Source of the DNA: Mobula hypostoma
Taxonomy: Eukaryota
Assembly (NCBI RefSeq): GCF_963921235.1
Contig: NC_086097.1
Span: forward strand, 90,708,001-90,772,000
DNA length: 64,000 nt
Reading direction: 5' to 3'
Of this stretch, positions 23,964-35,961 are shown piece after piece (position 1 is the first letter of the stretch; every line of letters begins with the position of its first letter). Both the position numbers and the translations under genes were made by a program. Under the pieces are notes generated by a model that was given only the letters and a program-made list of their open reading frames with translations, had not been told where the DNA came from and made no database searches.

Positions 23964-25873
23964 GCTCCTGCCCCACCGAACTCGTTTCTGCATACCTCAA
24001 CATGGTTTTATCCCCCCTTGTTCAATCCCTTCCTACCTATGTTCGTGACACTTCTCACGCTCTTAAACTTTTCGAAGATTTTAAGTTCCCTGGCCCCCAC
24101 CGCTTTATTTTCACCATGGATGTCCAGTCCTTATATACTTCCATCCCCCATCAGGAAGGTCTCAAAGCTCTCCGCTTCTTTTTGGATTCCAGACCTAATC
24201 AGTTCCCCTCTACCACCACTCTGCTCCGTCTAGCGGAATTAGTCCTTACTCTTAATAATTTCTGCTTTGGCTCCTCCCACTTCCTCCAAACTAAAGGTGT
24301 AGCTATGGGCACCCGTATGGGTCCTAGCTATGCCTGCCTTTTTGTTGGCTTTGTGGAACAATCTATGTTCCGTGCATATTCTGGTGTCTGTCCCCCACTT
24401 TTCCTTCGCTACATCGACGACTGCATTGGCGCTGCTTCCTGCACGCATGCTGAGCTCGTTGACTTTATTAACTTTGCCTCCAACTTTCACCCTGCCCTCA
24501 AGTTTACCTGGTCCATTTCCGACACGGCCCTCCCCTTTCTAGATCTTTCTGTCTCTGTCTCTGGAGACAGCTTATCCACTGATGTCTACTATAAGCCTAC
24601 TGACTCTCACAGCTATCTGGACTAAAGAGGAATAGTCACCCTGTCTCTTGCAAAAATGCCATCCCCTTCTCGCAATTCCTCCGTCTCCGCCGCATCTGCT
24701 CTCAGGATGAGACTTTTCATTCCAGGACGAGGGAGATATCCTCCTTTTTTAAAGAAAGGGGCTTCCCTTCCTCCACTATCAACTCTGCTCTCAAACGCAT
24801 CTCCCCCATTTCACGCACATCTGCTCTCACTCCATCCTCCCGCCACCCCACTAGGAATAGGGTTCCCATGGTCATCACCTACCACCCCACCAGCCTCCGG
24901 GTCCAACATATTATTCTCCATAACTTCCGCCACCTCCAACGGGATCCCACCACTAAGCACATCTTTCCCTCCCCCATCTCTCTGCTTTCCGCAGGGATCG
25001 CTCCCTACGCGACTCCCTTGTCCATTTGTCCCCGCCATCCCTCCCCACTGATCTCCCTCCTGGCATTTATCCTTGTAAGCGGAACAAGTGTTACACATAT
25101 CCTTACACTTCCTCCCTTACCACCATTCAGGGCCCCAGACAGTCCTCCCAGGTGTGGTGACACTTCACCCTGTGAGTCGGCTGGAGTGATATACTGCGTC
25201 CGGTCCTCCCGATGTGGCCTTCTATATATTGGCAAGACCTGACGCAGATTGGGAGACCGCTTTGCTGAACACCTACGCTCTGTCCGCCAGAGAAAGCAGG
25301 ATCTCCCAGTGGCCACACATTTTAATTCCACATCCCATTGCCATTCTGACATGTCTATCCACGGCCTCCTCTACTGTAAAGATGTAGCCACACTCAGGTT
25401 GGAGGAACAACACCTTATATTCCGTCTGGGTAGCCTCCAACCTGATGGCATGAACATCGACTTCTCTAAATTCCGCTAAGGCCCCACCTCCCCCTCGTAC
25501 CCCATCTGTTACTTATTTTTATACACACATTCTTTCTCTCACTCTCCTTTTTCTCCCTCTGTCCCTCTGACTATACCCCTTGCTGATCCTCTGGTCCCCC
25601 CCCACCTTGTCTTTCTCCCTAGGCCTCCTGTCCCATGATCCTCTCATATCCCCTTTGCCAATCACCTGTCCAGCTCTTGACTCCATCTCTCCCCCTCCTT
25701 GTCTTCTCCTATCATTTTGGATCTCCCCCTCCCCCTCCAACTTTCAAATCCCTTACTCACTCTTCCTTCAGTTAGTCCTGACGAAGGGTCTCAGCCTGAA
25801 ACGTTGACTGCACCTCTTCCTATAGATGCTGCCTGGCCTGCTGCGTTCACCAGCAACTTTGATGTGTGTTGCT
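23964..25873 (+). mobile_element. Penelope-like element, 5'-truncated: RT, GIY-YIG endonuclease, 3' UTR, terminus
   Basis: TMDVQSLYTSIP, QTKGVAMGTRMGPSYA, LRYIDDC, LPFLDL, VYYKPT; GIY-YIG VIYCVRSSRCGLLYIGKT..RFAEH..PVATHFN; a few stops and frameshifts. Confidence 0.95.
25773..25810 (+). ncRNA. Minimal type I hammerhead ribozyme in the Penelope terminus
   Basis: TAGTC-CTGACGA-AGG(GTCTCAG)CCT-GAAA-C-GTT-GACTG: CUGANGA and GAAA core, helix II AGG/CCT, helix I TAGTC/GACTG, GUU cleavage triplet, loopless palindromic helix III (AACGTT). Confidence 0.8.
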
Positions 25874-27405
25874 ATATTTCCTTGTGTTCTTCTCGAGCGA
25901 CTCGCTCTTTGTAATGTGGACTTCTGGTGCTTTCTGTTTAAGCTTGTTAAGTTTATTTTGATAAGTTCAGGGATTCCACATTACTAGTATTATTCAAGCA
26001 GATGCCCGATTAGCACTAATCGCAGGGTCCTAATTTTGAGAATGTTACTCCTCGCCGAACCACTGATGGCTTTATGGAATTGTTATGAATCAACTCTCGT
26101 CGTCAACTCTACATCAGAGTCTGTCCTTGCTCTGCACTTGGGTTCCAATATTGCCAGTGCACATCGTGACTCTTTGTCTCAAGGCAGGGGAGTCTAAAAC
26201 TAGAAGGCATAGGTTGAATGTAAGTGGGGAAAGATTTAAAAGGAATTAGAGAGGCAAGTTTTCACACAGAGGGTTGTGGGTACATGGAATGAACTGCCAG
26301 AGGAAGTGATAGAGGTGGGAGCAATTAGAGCATTTAAAAGACATTTGGACAAATGCATGAATAAGAAAGGGTCCGAGAGTTACGGACTAAATGCAGGCAA
26401 ATGGAACTAGCTCAGAAAGACACCTTGCTCAGCATGGACTAATTCTTCAGATGGGCTTGTTTCCATGCTGTAGAGCTCTGACTCTGCACAAAGGTAATGA
26501 CAGTTTATCTAAATTCTTGTGTAGACAGGGCAAGGTGGTGCAAGATTTGCAGTCATTAAGTATGGAGTGCGAACTATAGCAACAAGGTCACAAAATAACA
26601 GAGTGGAAGACGAAGAGGGACAGCTGAAAATGTACAGCAGGTTTTTATCTTAAAACAACAGACCCTCAGTAACTGCATTTAGAATGAGGTGCCTTGGACA
26701 GTCAGCGGGAGATGTTGGTGGTTTGATCACTTCCTTTATATGATTCCTTTTAAACCTAAGCCTTCCCTGTCCCTCACTGTAATTCTGTCAGAAGTACCAG
26801 TGAAATAGAGCAAACCACGACTTTCCCCAATTTAACTTTCTAAAATAACCATTAAGATCATGTATTTACTCTTGGTCCAGAACAAGTTATAATTGAAAGT
26901 ATCATCAGATTCTGTGTCAAAAGGAAGCATTTGGGAGGCAGGGCAGCTTCCTAACGGCTTGCTTTTCATGCAGAGGATTGAAATTTGATTATAATGAGAC
27001 TGGCCAAGAGTAGGCTAGGAAGAGAAATTTTCTATGTATAATATTCGTCTTTTCATTGGATTTATGATGTCCATCAGGATGATTGGCAGATTTAAGGCAG
27101 CAGATTCATTCATGATTCTGACAAACAATGAAAGGTTAAAGCTTAGCAAAGCCATTCGGAGATCTGCCTCATTTGTTAAATTGCTGAGGTCAAAGCCTTT
27201 GTTTCAGCCTGGTTTGTGGAATGCATGAGTTGTCTATAAATGAAAATTATTTTCTCATTCACACCTACTTCTTAGTGATCATTGTTTTCTAGGTAAGGGG
27301 GCAGAAAAGAGGCATCTGCAAACTTTTTTCCAGCCATTAAGAAAAGCATAGGGGAATTTCAGAGATCTCTGTCCAGTGGAACGTCCCTTCCAATACAGAT
27401 ATCTG

Positions 27406-27668
27406 ATGATGATGATGTCGACTCAGGCCTGAGAGGGGCCAGCGTCAGGCATTTTCATGCTTTACAAGGCGCGGATCGGAAGGCTGTGTGGGGCGCCAGC
27501 CCTTGCACAGACATTTCGCAGTATTTTTCTTCATTTTACGAGGTTGAGTTGCGATTTCGACACTCAACCTGGCACGGATGGAAAGCATACTCGGGAGAGG
27601 CCTGACTGGATTTGAACCCAGGAACCTCAGTTCTGGAGTCCGCCACTGATGTCACTGCGCCACCAGCT
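27406..27668 (-). mobile_element. tRNA-derived SINE with (ATC)n tail
   Basis: Head and CGACACTCAACC..GGCACGGA core shared with 5796-6004; TSD GATATCTG at 27398-27405 and 27669-27676. Confidence 0.8.
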
Positions 27669-27676
27669 GATATCTG

Positions 27677-28300
27677 GTAAGATGGCAACATGTTCGATTG
27701 CAGCTGCTTTTACAAGGTTAACCATAGTTGTTGTTGTCTTTTTTGAGTGTATTTTTTACGATTGCAAAATCCTGCTGGATGTTAAGAAATTAAAGTAGTG
27801 CAGGTCTACCTCATCAGTGAGTTGCTTGTTGGTGGAGAATTTGAAGGAGCTGGATGGTGCAGATTGAGCTGCTGCCTGTGTCAGAGAGGTATCAGAAGAG
27901 TCGGTGCACAAAGGTGGGGTGCAGTCTAACAGCGAGTGTTCATCTTGGTCACTTTTCTTGTGATTGCAAGACTCTGTTGAATATCGTTAACGTGGAATGC
28001 TGCAAATCCTGTTCGCTGATGTATTGGCAGATGACGGGGAGCAGCATGGCCTCAGTCGTAGTGAGGACTAGGCCTGAAACCGCAGTGTCGTCTGTTTACA
28101 GCCCCCCAGGAGAGAGGAGTTGGAGTTGGTACACTCCACCAGAGGTGGTGAGGCTTGGCATCCAAGCTAGAGTCAGTGCTGCCCCCCATTGTTCGCTCGG
28201 CAGATGGTGTTCAACTGCAGACTGCTAAAATATTCATGGGCTCAGGTTTCGTTTGCCCTGTATTCATACGTGGTTGAATGTTAATTATACTTGAACTTGT
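27677..28300 (+). mobile_element. Older non-coding LINE-derived element (AAGATGGC head, Rex1/L2-type tail); related piece at 40260-40700
   Basis: Starts TAAGATGGC; shares CTGTTT(T)ACAGCC.CCAGGAGAG with about 40342; ends TTTCGTTTG..CTTGAACTTG. Confidence 0.5.
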
Positions 28301-28459
28301 CTGTACATTATTCAGTAACTGTTGAATAACCCATCCCAGATTGGAAATCTGTCCAGTGCTGAATCATCACAAATGTCCCCGCTCTTCATAATACAGTGCA
28401 CAACTGGCCAAAGGCTCTATTTTACGCTGAACAGAAGAGACGATTTAAATTTTGAGTGA

Positions 28460-28632
28460 ACAGGCACAAATTGCTGGAGGGATTCAGCAAATCAGGCAGC
28501 ATTTGTGGAGAGAAATAAACAGTCAATGTTTTGGACCGAGACCCTTCATCAGGACTTGATGAAAGGTCTTAGGCTGAAGGATTGACTGTTTATTCCCCTC
28601 CAAAGGTGCTGTCTGACTTGCTGAGTTCTTCT
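28460..28632. mobile_element. Palindromic pair of Penelope termini with back-to-back hammerhead-like cores
   Basis: AATAAACAGTCAAT ... ATTGACTGTTTATT arms; centre CTTCATCAGGACTTGATGAA. Confidence 0.85.
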
Positions 28633-29184
28633 AGTTTACACCATTTGTTTCTTGGATTGCTAATCCAGCACCAAACCACAGAGATGAGTATAATTGATTT
28701 ACTCAGAAAACCTTTAATACATCGGCATTAATCATTTAGAAATTCCATCTTGCAGACAGACTCGACTTCAGATCTGGAAATTTAATCACAAGTTGTCATA
28801 CCTCTTCCTAAAAATAAGTAAACTTATCTATATTGCTGTATTTAGCCATATAGTACCATTGACTGCCTATTCAATTGATGTTTCTCACACAAACTTTCTT
28901 ACACCATGTTTCTTCCGCTTCCCATTCTGCCTTGCCACATTTGGTATCCAAGATACTATGCTGATGCCCACCAGTTCCATGTGCTCCACTAGCAAAATTT
29001 ACGTAACTATTTGTGGATTATACTTGTGGTCCATCATCCTTCCTTGTCTTCCTAAATGTCTCTCCAACCTAATTGCAGATGACCACAACCTCACATTCTT
29101 AGGAATATAGAAAATGAGGAAATAGGAACAAAAGTAGACCATTCAAACCCTCAAACCTGTTCCATCATTTAGTAAGGTCATGCC

Positions 29185-30245
29185 AGTAGCACATGTGTAT
29201 ATCTACTGTGATGAAGGGCTTTGAGAGGCTGGTCATGAAACGTGGTTACTCCTGCCTGAGGAGTGACTTGGATCTGCTCCAATTTGCTTACAGCCACAAC
29301 AGGTCAATAGCAGATGCCATTTCATTGGCTCTTCACTCAGCCCTGGAACATCTGGATAGTGAGGATGTATACATCAGGATGCTCCTCATTGACTGCGACT
29401 CTGAATTCAACATTTTCATTTCCACAAAATGGTTCAATAAACTCTAAGACCTGCTGTAGGCTCCGATATCTCCTTGAGCAACTGTGTCCTCAATTTCCTC
29501 ACTTGCAGACCCCAGTCAGTTTGGATGAGCAACAACATCTCTTCCAGAATCTCCACCAGTACAGGTGTACCACAAGGCTGTGTGCTTAGCCCCCTGTTCT
29601 ATTCACTTTCTGCTTATGATTACGAGGCTAAGCACAGCTTCAGTACCATGTTCAAGTTTGCTGACGACATCACTGTTGTTGGCTGAATCAAAGGTGGTGA
29701 TGAATTCGCATGTAGAAGAGAGTTTGAAAATCTGGTTCAATGGTGTCACAACAACTAACTCTTACTCAATGTCAGCAAAACCGAAGAGCAGGTTATTAAT
29801 TGTAGGAGGAGGAAGCCAGAGGTGCATGAAGCAGACCTCATTCAGGGATCAGAGGTGCAGAAAGTCAATAACTTTAAATTCCTTGGTGTTATCACTTCCA
29901 TGGATCATATTCGAGTCTGCTCCTGATACCAACACATACTTTGACAAGCTTCTGTAAGTGCATGGTGCAGAGTATCCAGACTAATTGCATCACAGCCTGG
30001 TATGGAAACATCAATGCCCACGAGCAAAAAAGAAGCGAACACTGCCCAATCCATCGCAGGAAACCCCCCCCCCCCCCCGCCACCACCACCACCACTGAGC
30101 CTATCCACAAGGAGCACTGCCACAAGAAAGTAGCATCCACCATCCAGGCCATGCTCTATTTTTGCTGTTGCCCGCAAGAAAATGAATCTCAGGTTAGTAT
30201 ACGGTGGCGTTTATGCATTTGACAATAAAGTTAAATTTTGAACTT
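29185..30245 (+). pseudogene. Rex1-type LINE RT and 3' end, disrupted
   Basis: MKGFERLV..LDLLQFAY, GVPQGCVLSPLFYSL, KFADDITVVG, CITAWYGN; tail ACAATAAA..TTTGAACTTTGA. Confidence 0.85.
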
Positions 30246-30699
30246 TGATCGATTCTGAAATCTATGTTCCTATTGTTTCACCAGATCTCTTAATACTTTC
30301 GGTGAACAACAATCTATCACTTCTGGATATGAAGTTAACAATCACCAATATTTATGGAAGGTCATTCCAAACTTCTATCCTTTGCACATGGACCTGTTCC
30401 TTAACTTGAATGGTTGAACTAGTCTCTGCTGCCATTCCTGCAACTTCCAGCTGGTTGAAATAATTTCTCTTGATCCTTCTCCATGTTCATTCATAATATC
30501 TTAAAGCTTTGATCAAATCATCCAAATTTCTAAATTCCAGGGAGTATGGGCTTAATTTCTTCTATATAATTTAACTCTTGTTCAGATAACATTCTGATAA
30601 ACCTATACTGCCAACACATTTTCATGAAGGTGTGGTGGATAGTATTGCCACGATATTCCATCTGTGCTATAAATTGGTTTATATCTTTTGATTTTTTTA

Positions 30700-31372
30700 A
30701 GATTATGAGGACATTCAGTCCTCGTTTAGTGTCATTTAGAAATGCATGCCTTAAAAAAATGATAGAACGTTCCTCCAGAATGATATCACAGAAACACAGG
30801 ACAAACCAAGACTAAAATTGACAAAACCACATAATTATAACATATAGTTACAACAGTGCAAAGCAATACCGTAATTTGATAAAGAGTAGACCATGGGCAC
30901 GGTAAAAAAAAAGTCTCAAGTCCCAATAGCCCCATCATCTCACGCAGACGGTAGAAGGGAGAAACTCTCCCTGCCATGAACCTCCAAGCGTCGCAAACTT
31001 GCCGATGCAGCACCATTGGAAGCACCCGACCGCAGCGGACTCTGAGTCCATCTGAAAACTTCGAGCCTCTGACCAGCCCTCCGACACCGAGCACCGAGCA
31101 CCATCCTCTGCCGAGCACTTCGACCCTGCCCCAGCCGCCGAGCAACAGGCAAAGCTCAGGACTCGGGGCCTTCCCCTCCGGAGATTCTGGATCGCACAGT
31201 TGCAGCGGCAGCGAAGCAGGTATTTCAGAAGTTTCACCAGATGTTCCTCCGTGCTTCTTGCATCCGTCTCCATCATATCAGGATTGTGCACGGCACCCTA
31301 CTTGACAGATAGGAGATATCACCACCAGAGTGGCCGCTGCGAACTGCGTCACATCGCCATCTTCTCCTCCTC
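30700..31372 (-). mobile_element. ~0.67-kb non-autonomous retroposon, copy 2
   Basis: Reverse complement of 16092-16755; CGCCATCTTCTCCTCC head; GAGGAC/GTCCTC stem at 30707-30723. Confidence 0.88.
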
Positions 31373-31384
31373 TTTCAAGTTTGT

Positions 31385-31765
31385 TCACAGGTATAGAGGC
31401 AGCCTGTACAGGATCAGAAAAATCTGCAGATTCAGCCAGCCCTTCATGGGCACAACCCTCCCCTGTATCAAGGACATCTTCAAAAGGGAGCACCACAAGA
31501 AGGTGGCATCCTCCATGACGGACTTCGCCACACGAAGGTACCCACCTCTCGTTGCAACCATTAAGGAGGAGGCACATTCAATGTTTTAGGAATAGCTTCT
31601 CCCCATTAACTCCATGATCAGATTTCTGTATATCCATGAACACTACCTCATTATTTATTTATTTATTATCTTTTCTCATTGTAATTTATAGTAATTTTTA
31701 TGTATTGCACTGGACTGCTGTAGCAGAACAACATGTCAGTGATAATAAACCTTATTCTAATCCAG
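31385..31765 (+). mobile_element. Rex1-type LINE 3' fragment
   Basis: GTTLPCIKDIF..KVASSM-like C-terminus and GATAATAAACC..TTCT tail. Confidence 0.6.
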
Positions 31766-31837
31766 ATTGTGACTTTCATGATTCCTATACATGGATGCCT
31801 GAGTCTCTTCGTGCTTTTGCTGTTTCTCATCGTTGGG

Positions 31838-32075
31838 GCCCTGCGGTAGTGTAGCGATTAGTGCAACACTATTACAGCTCTGGGCGTCGGAGCTCAGAAT
31901 TCAATCCTGGCATCTTCCTGGGTTTTCTTAGGGTGCTCTGGTTTCCTCCTGCAGTCCAAAGACTCACTAGTTAATAGGTTAATTGGTCATTGTAAGTTAT
32001 CCCATGATTCAGCTAGGATTAAATCGGGGGTTGCTAGTGTGCCGGCTTGAAAGGCTGGAGGAGCCTAAATAAATA
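31838..32075 (+). mobile_element. tRNA-derived V-SINE
   Basis: CGGTAGTGTAGCG A box, AATTCAATCC B-box-like, GGTGCTCTGGTTTCCTCC V-domain, (TAAA)n tail. Confidence 0.7.
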
Positions 32076-32699
32076 CAATAATAAATTATGTGTTAGTTTT
32101 TTTTCCAGGTTTAAAGTATTTGACCTTGCATTTGCCTATTGTAAATTACACAAAACATTGCTCAATTGTTTAATCTACTAACAGCTCTCTAATTTTATAT
32201 TTCCATTTATGCTGCCAACAGTGACAAAGATAATGAAACAAAGCAGGATTGTTGTATTCCCTGAAAATTGAAGTGCCTTGATCAAAATTCTGAAGGAAAA
32301 GTGAATTGAAAGAAACTACTTACAGATTGAGAAATGCACATTGTTGCATTGCGGATGGAAACATAAAAGTACAATAAATTACAAAAAATAATTGGCTTTC
32401 AGCAACATTGGCGAAGTTATTTGCAATTATTTTTAACAGACGAGTCTCAATTCAACAAGGTTTCGAAATTGATTCTTGTCAAAGCCAGTTGTCACATTCT
32501 GATGATTAGAGAACATGCCAAATCTGTGAAAACAAAAAAAAACAACCACAGATGTTGAAAATCTAAAATATAAACTGAAAAAGCTAGAAATACTCAGCAG
32601 GTCAAGCTGCATCTGTGGGAAGAGAAGCAGAGCTGATGGTTCAGGCTGATGACACTTTTTCTGAAAATTCCCAACAAATTTTTGCTTTTATTCGTTTAG

Positions 32700-33635
32700 T
32701 TTCAGATTCAAATTTACTGTCATTTCAAACATATACATGTACACAGCCAAATGAAACTGTTCCTCCAGACCAAGGTGCACAATGTAGTACATATAACTCA
32801 TATACAACACATAAAGTAATATTAGCACATATAAATGAACAAATAATAAGGTGCACTTAAGTCACAAGTTAAAAAGGAAACTGTATGATGCTACTGGCGC
32901 TTCATATGTGGTGAGACCTGGGTGGTGACAGGGAGATCAGTACTCTCACAGCCTTGGAGAAGAAGCTCCTTCCCATCCTAACAGCCCTTGAACCAATGCT
33001 ATGGGTCCTCCAGCCTGAAATTAGAGGAAGCTTGATCCAAATGCAGAGCAGCAGAGACGATTTAGTGGTGAGCGATTGCTTTAATAATAAACTGCAAAAC
33101 AACATGCCATGAGGGGCCACAAACCAAAGGAGAATAGATACTTGACATGTCAAGGTAACTGAAGGCTAGGAGCAACTGGTTGAGGCTTGCTGGTTTGATG
33201 GGTGAACAAGGTCTGTGGATTTAATAGGCTGCAAGTGACGAGTGGCAGGTGACTCCAGTTAGCTGGAGACTGGGAGGTGCCAGCCTGTGCAGGCCTGATA
33301 GACAGAGGTCAAGGGATTGTTGGATGTACGGGAGGGATCACTGACAACAGTATGAATGCTCCTGGTAAGTACCTTGGATCTGTGGAAAAGAAACCCCAAA
33401 GGTCCTCTCAGCTGTCCTCACAATATTTTGTAGGGTCTTGCAGTCAAATGCTATGTAATTTCCATGCCAGATTGTGATGCAGCTTGTCAGAATACTCTCA
33501 ATTGTGCCCTGCAAAAATTGGTTAGAATAGGGGGTTGTGTGCTGGGGAGACTCACTCACCTCACTCTCCTCAAGAAGTGGAGATGCTGCTGTGCTTTCTT
33601 GACTAAAGAGGTGGTGTTGAAGGATCAGATGAGAT
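32700..33635 (-). mobile_element. Rex1-type LINE fragments
   Basis: TIESILTSCITIWHGN..KTLQNIVRTAE (33338-33646 ORF) and a LINE tail near 32700. Confidence 0.6.
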
Positions 33636-33823
33636 TTACCTGCCACTCAGCATATTTCCTCACAAAGTCATTGACTTACCTTCAGATCCATGGGCTTCAA
33701 TTTTTCCATATAAGCTCTTAAAAGGGATTTTGTGAAATACTTTCTGGAAATCCATCTGAGTAACATCTAAGATATGCACACTGTCACCTATTCCAATGAT
33801 GTCATCAAAAATACCATAAGATT

Positions 33824-34858
33824 TAATAGACAATAGACAATAGGTGCGGGAGTAGGCCATTCGGCCCTTCGAACCAGCACCGCCATTCACTGTGATCATG
33901 GCTGATCATCCAGTTCCTGCCTTATCCCATAACCTTTGATTCCGCTATCTTTAAGAGCTCTATCCATCTCTTTCTCAAAAACATCCAGAGATTTGGCCTC
34001 CACTGCTTTCTGGGGCAGAGCATTTCACATATCCACCACTCTCTGGATGAAAAAGTTTTTCCTCAACTCCATTCTAAATGGCCTACCCCTTATTCTTAAA
34101 CTGTGGCCTCTGGTTCTGGACACACCCATCAGTGGGAACAGGTTTCCTGCCTCCAGCGTGTCCAATCCCTTAATAATCTTATATGTTTCAATCAGATCCC
34201 CTCTCATCCTTCTAAATTCCAGTGTATACAAGCCCAGTCGCTCCAAGCTTTCAACATATGACAGTCCCGCCATCCCGGGATTTAACCTTGTGAACCTACG
34301 CTGCACTCCCTCAATAGCAAGAATGTACTTCCTCAAATTTAGAGACCAAAACTGCACACAATACTCCAGGTGTGGTCTCACCAGGGCCCTGTACAGCTGC
34401 AGAAGGACCTCTTTGCTCCTATACTCACTTCCCCTTGTTATGAAGGCCAGCATGTCATTAGCTTTCTTCACTGCTTGCTGTACTTGCATGCTTGCTTTCA
34501 GTGACTGATGTACAAGAACACCTAGATCTCATTGTACCTCCCCTTTTCCTAACATGACTCCATTTAGATAATAATCTTCCTTCCTGTTCTTACCACCAAA
34601 GTGGATAACCTCACATTTATCCACATTAAACTGCATCTGCCATGCATCCGCCCACTCACCCAGCCTGTCCAATTCACCCTGCATTCTCATAACATCCTCC
34701 TCACATTTCACACTGCCACCCAGCTTTGTGTCATCTGCAAATTTGTTAATGTTACTTTTAATCCCTTCATCTAAATCATTAATATATATTGTAAACAGCT
34801 GTGGTCCCAGCACTGAACCCTGCGGTACCCCACTGGTCACCGCCTGCCATTCCGAAAG
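33824..34858 (-). pseudogene. CR1 LINE RT C-terminal half and 3' UTR, relatively young
   Basis: VTSGVPQGSVLGPQLFTIYINDL, KFADDTKLGG, LVRPHLEYCVQFWS, RTRGHSL; (CTATTGT)n tail. Confidence 0.93.
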
Positions 34859-35434
34859 GAATGTCCAGTTTAGGAACAGAAGTAGACCATTCGGCCCGTT
34901 GAGTCTGCTCCACCATTCTATCATGGGCTGATCCACTTCATCCAGTCATCCCCACTCCCCTGCTTTCACCCCATACCCTTTGATGCCCTAGCTAATCAAG
35001 AGCTTATCTATCACTGCCTTAAATACACCCAATGACTTGTCCTCCACAGCCGCTCATGGCAACAAATTCCACAGATGACAATAAGTTCCACAGATAAAAA
35101 TTTTCCACAAAAATGTAAAATGATTTGTCCTACCCCTTACAGAGAAGCTGAAAGACTTTAACTTGACCATTCAGTCTATTCTTAACGATAAACTGTCCAG
35201 TTTGATGATATTTCTCTCCTTAATAAGGGCTCTTCCAGTGATTGCATTTTGGCCCACACTGCACAAAGACACCAGGAGTTCCCAATGGGCTCACAGTCAG
35301 GTTTTCATCTTCTGTACCTCAGTAACATTACTCACACATGTCAGTCTATCTGTCCGTACATTCAAATAGCATCCAGCCCTTTCCTTCCTGGAGAATGCAC
35401 AGTTCTTGAGTGAGGTGCAAGTGTGCCATGCAAT

Positions 35435-35660
35435 TACATAGCCTTTCTCGACACATCTCCAAGATCATTGAAGTTAATGACGTAGTTCCAACCTGTAGCC
35501 AATTTGTGATATAGAGCATTTGCATATAAAAAGCTCACACAGACAACAAAGTGAGAATAACAAGATAAGTTCTCTTTAGTGATGTTGGCTGAGGGATGAA
35601 TACTGGTGAGGACAATTGGGAGAACTTCCCCACTCTTTTGCTCCACAGAAGCCATTTAAC
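35435..35660 (-). mobile_element. Deu-domain SINE remnant (SacSINE1/AmnSINE-like); weaker remnants near 3105, 40700, 41240, 51070
   Basis: AGTGATGTTGGCTGAGGGATGAATACTGG..GGGAGAACTTCCCCACTCTT resembles the Deu-SINE central domain as recalled; not database-checked. Confidence 0.5.
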
Positions 35661-35961
35661 AGGTAATTGAATAGGCACGGTGACATGTTACTAATGTAGA
35701 CAAATGGGATTGGTGTGGATAGGCAGAAAGGACAATGTGGACGTGTTGGGACATAGGACCTATTTCTGTGTTGTACAACTCCGTAGCTCTAAGGTGGATA
35801 TTACATTGGTTTAGTAGCTGATCTGCATGAATATCCTGTCACTAAAACATCTCAGGAAGCTTCTGAGTTTTTTTAACTAAAGAGTGGGATATGAACCCAC
35901 AATCTCATGATTGAAAGGAGAAAGTAGGTACAGCCTTCAATTGGTACTGCCAATGATTCAC

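Larger units (their letters stand above)
23622..26171 (+). mobile_element. Probable solo LTR hosting two Penelope-derived insertions
   Basis: TGTAA...CGTGAC(T) ends; near-TSD CTTTT/CTTTG; 3' end CTGCACTTGGGTTCC resembles the LTR end at 20770-20807. Confidence 0.5.
23340..26485 (+). mobile_element. CR1 3' fragment (23340-23621 plus 26172-26485) split by nested insertions
   Basis: CR1 ORF2 C-terminal sequence rejoins across 23622-26171 (CACAGCCTTTT | ..AAGGCAGGGGAGTCTAAAACTAGA). Confidence 0.75.

Noticed and set aside
23964..25479. Active autonomous Penelope element
   Set aside because: 5'-truncated, with a stop at 24623-24625, further stops and frameshifts.
30935..31291. Cys-rich 118-aa ORF shared with 36216-36518
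   Set aside because: Several frames are open in this GC-rich element, copies differ by many amino-acid changes, and the 16092 copy is frameshifted; no sign of coding selection.
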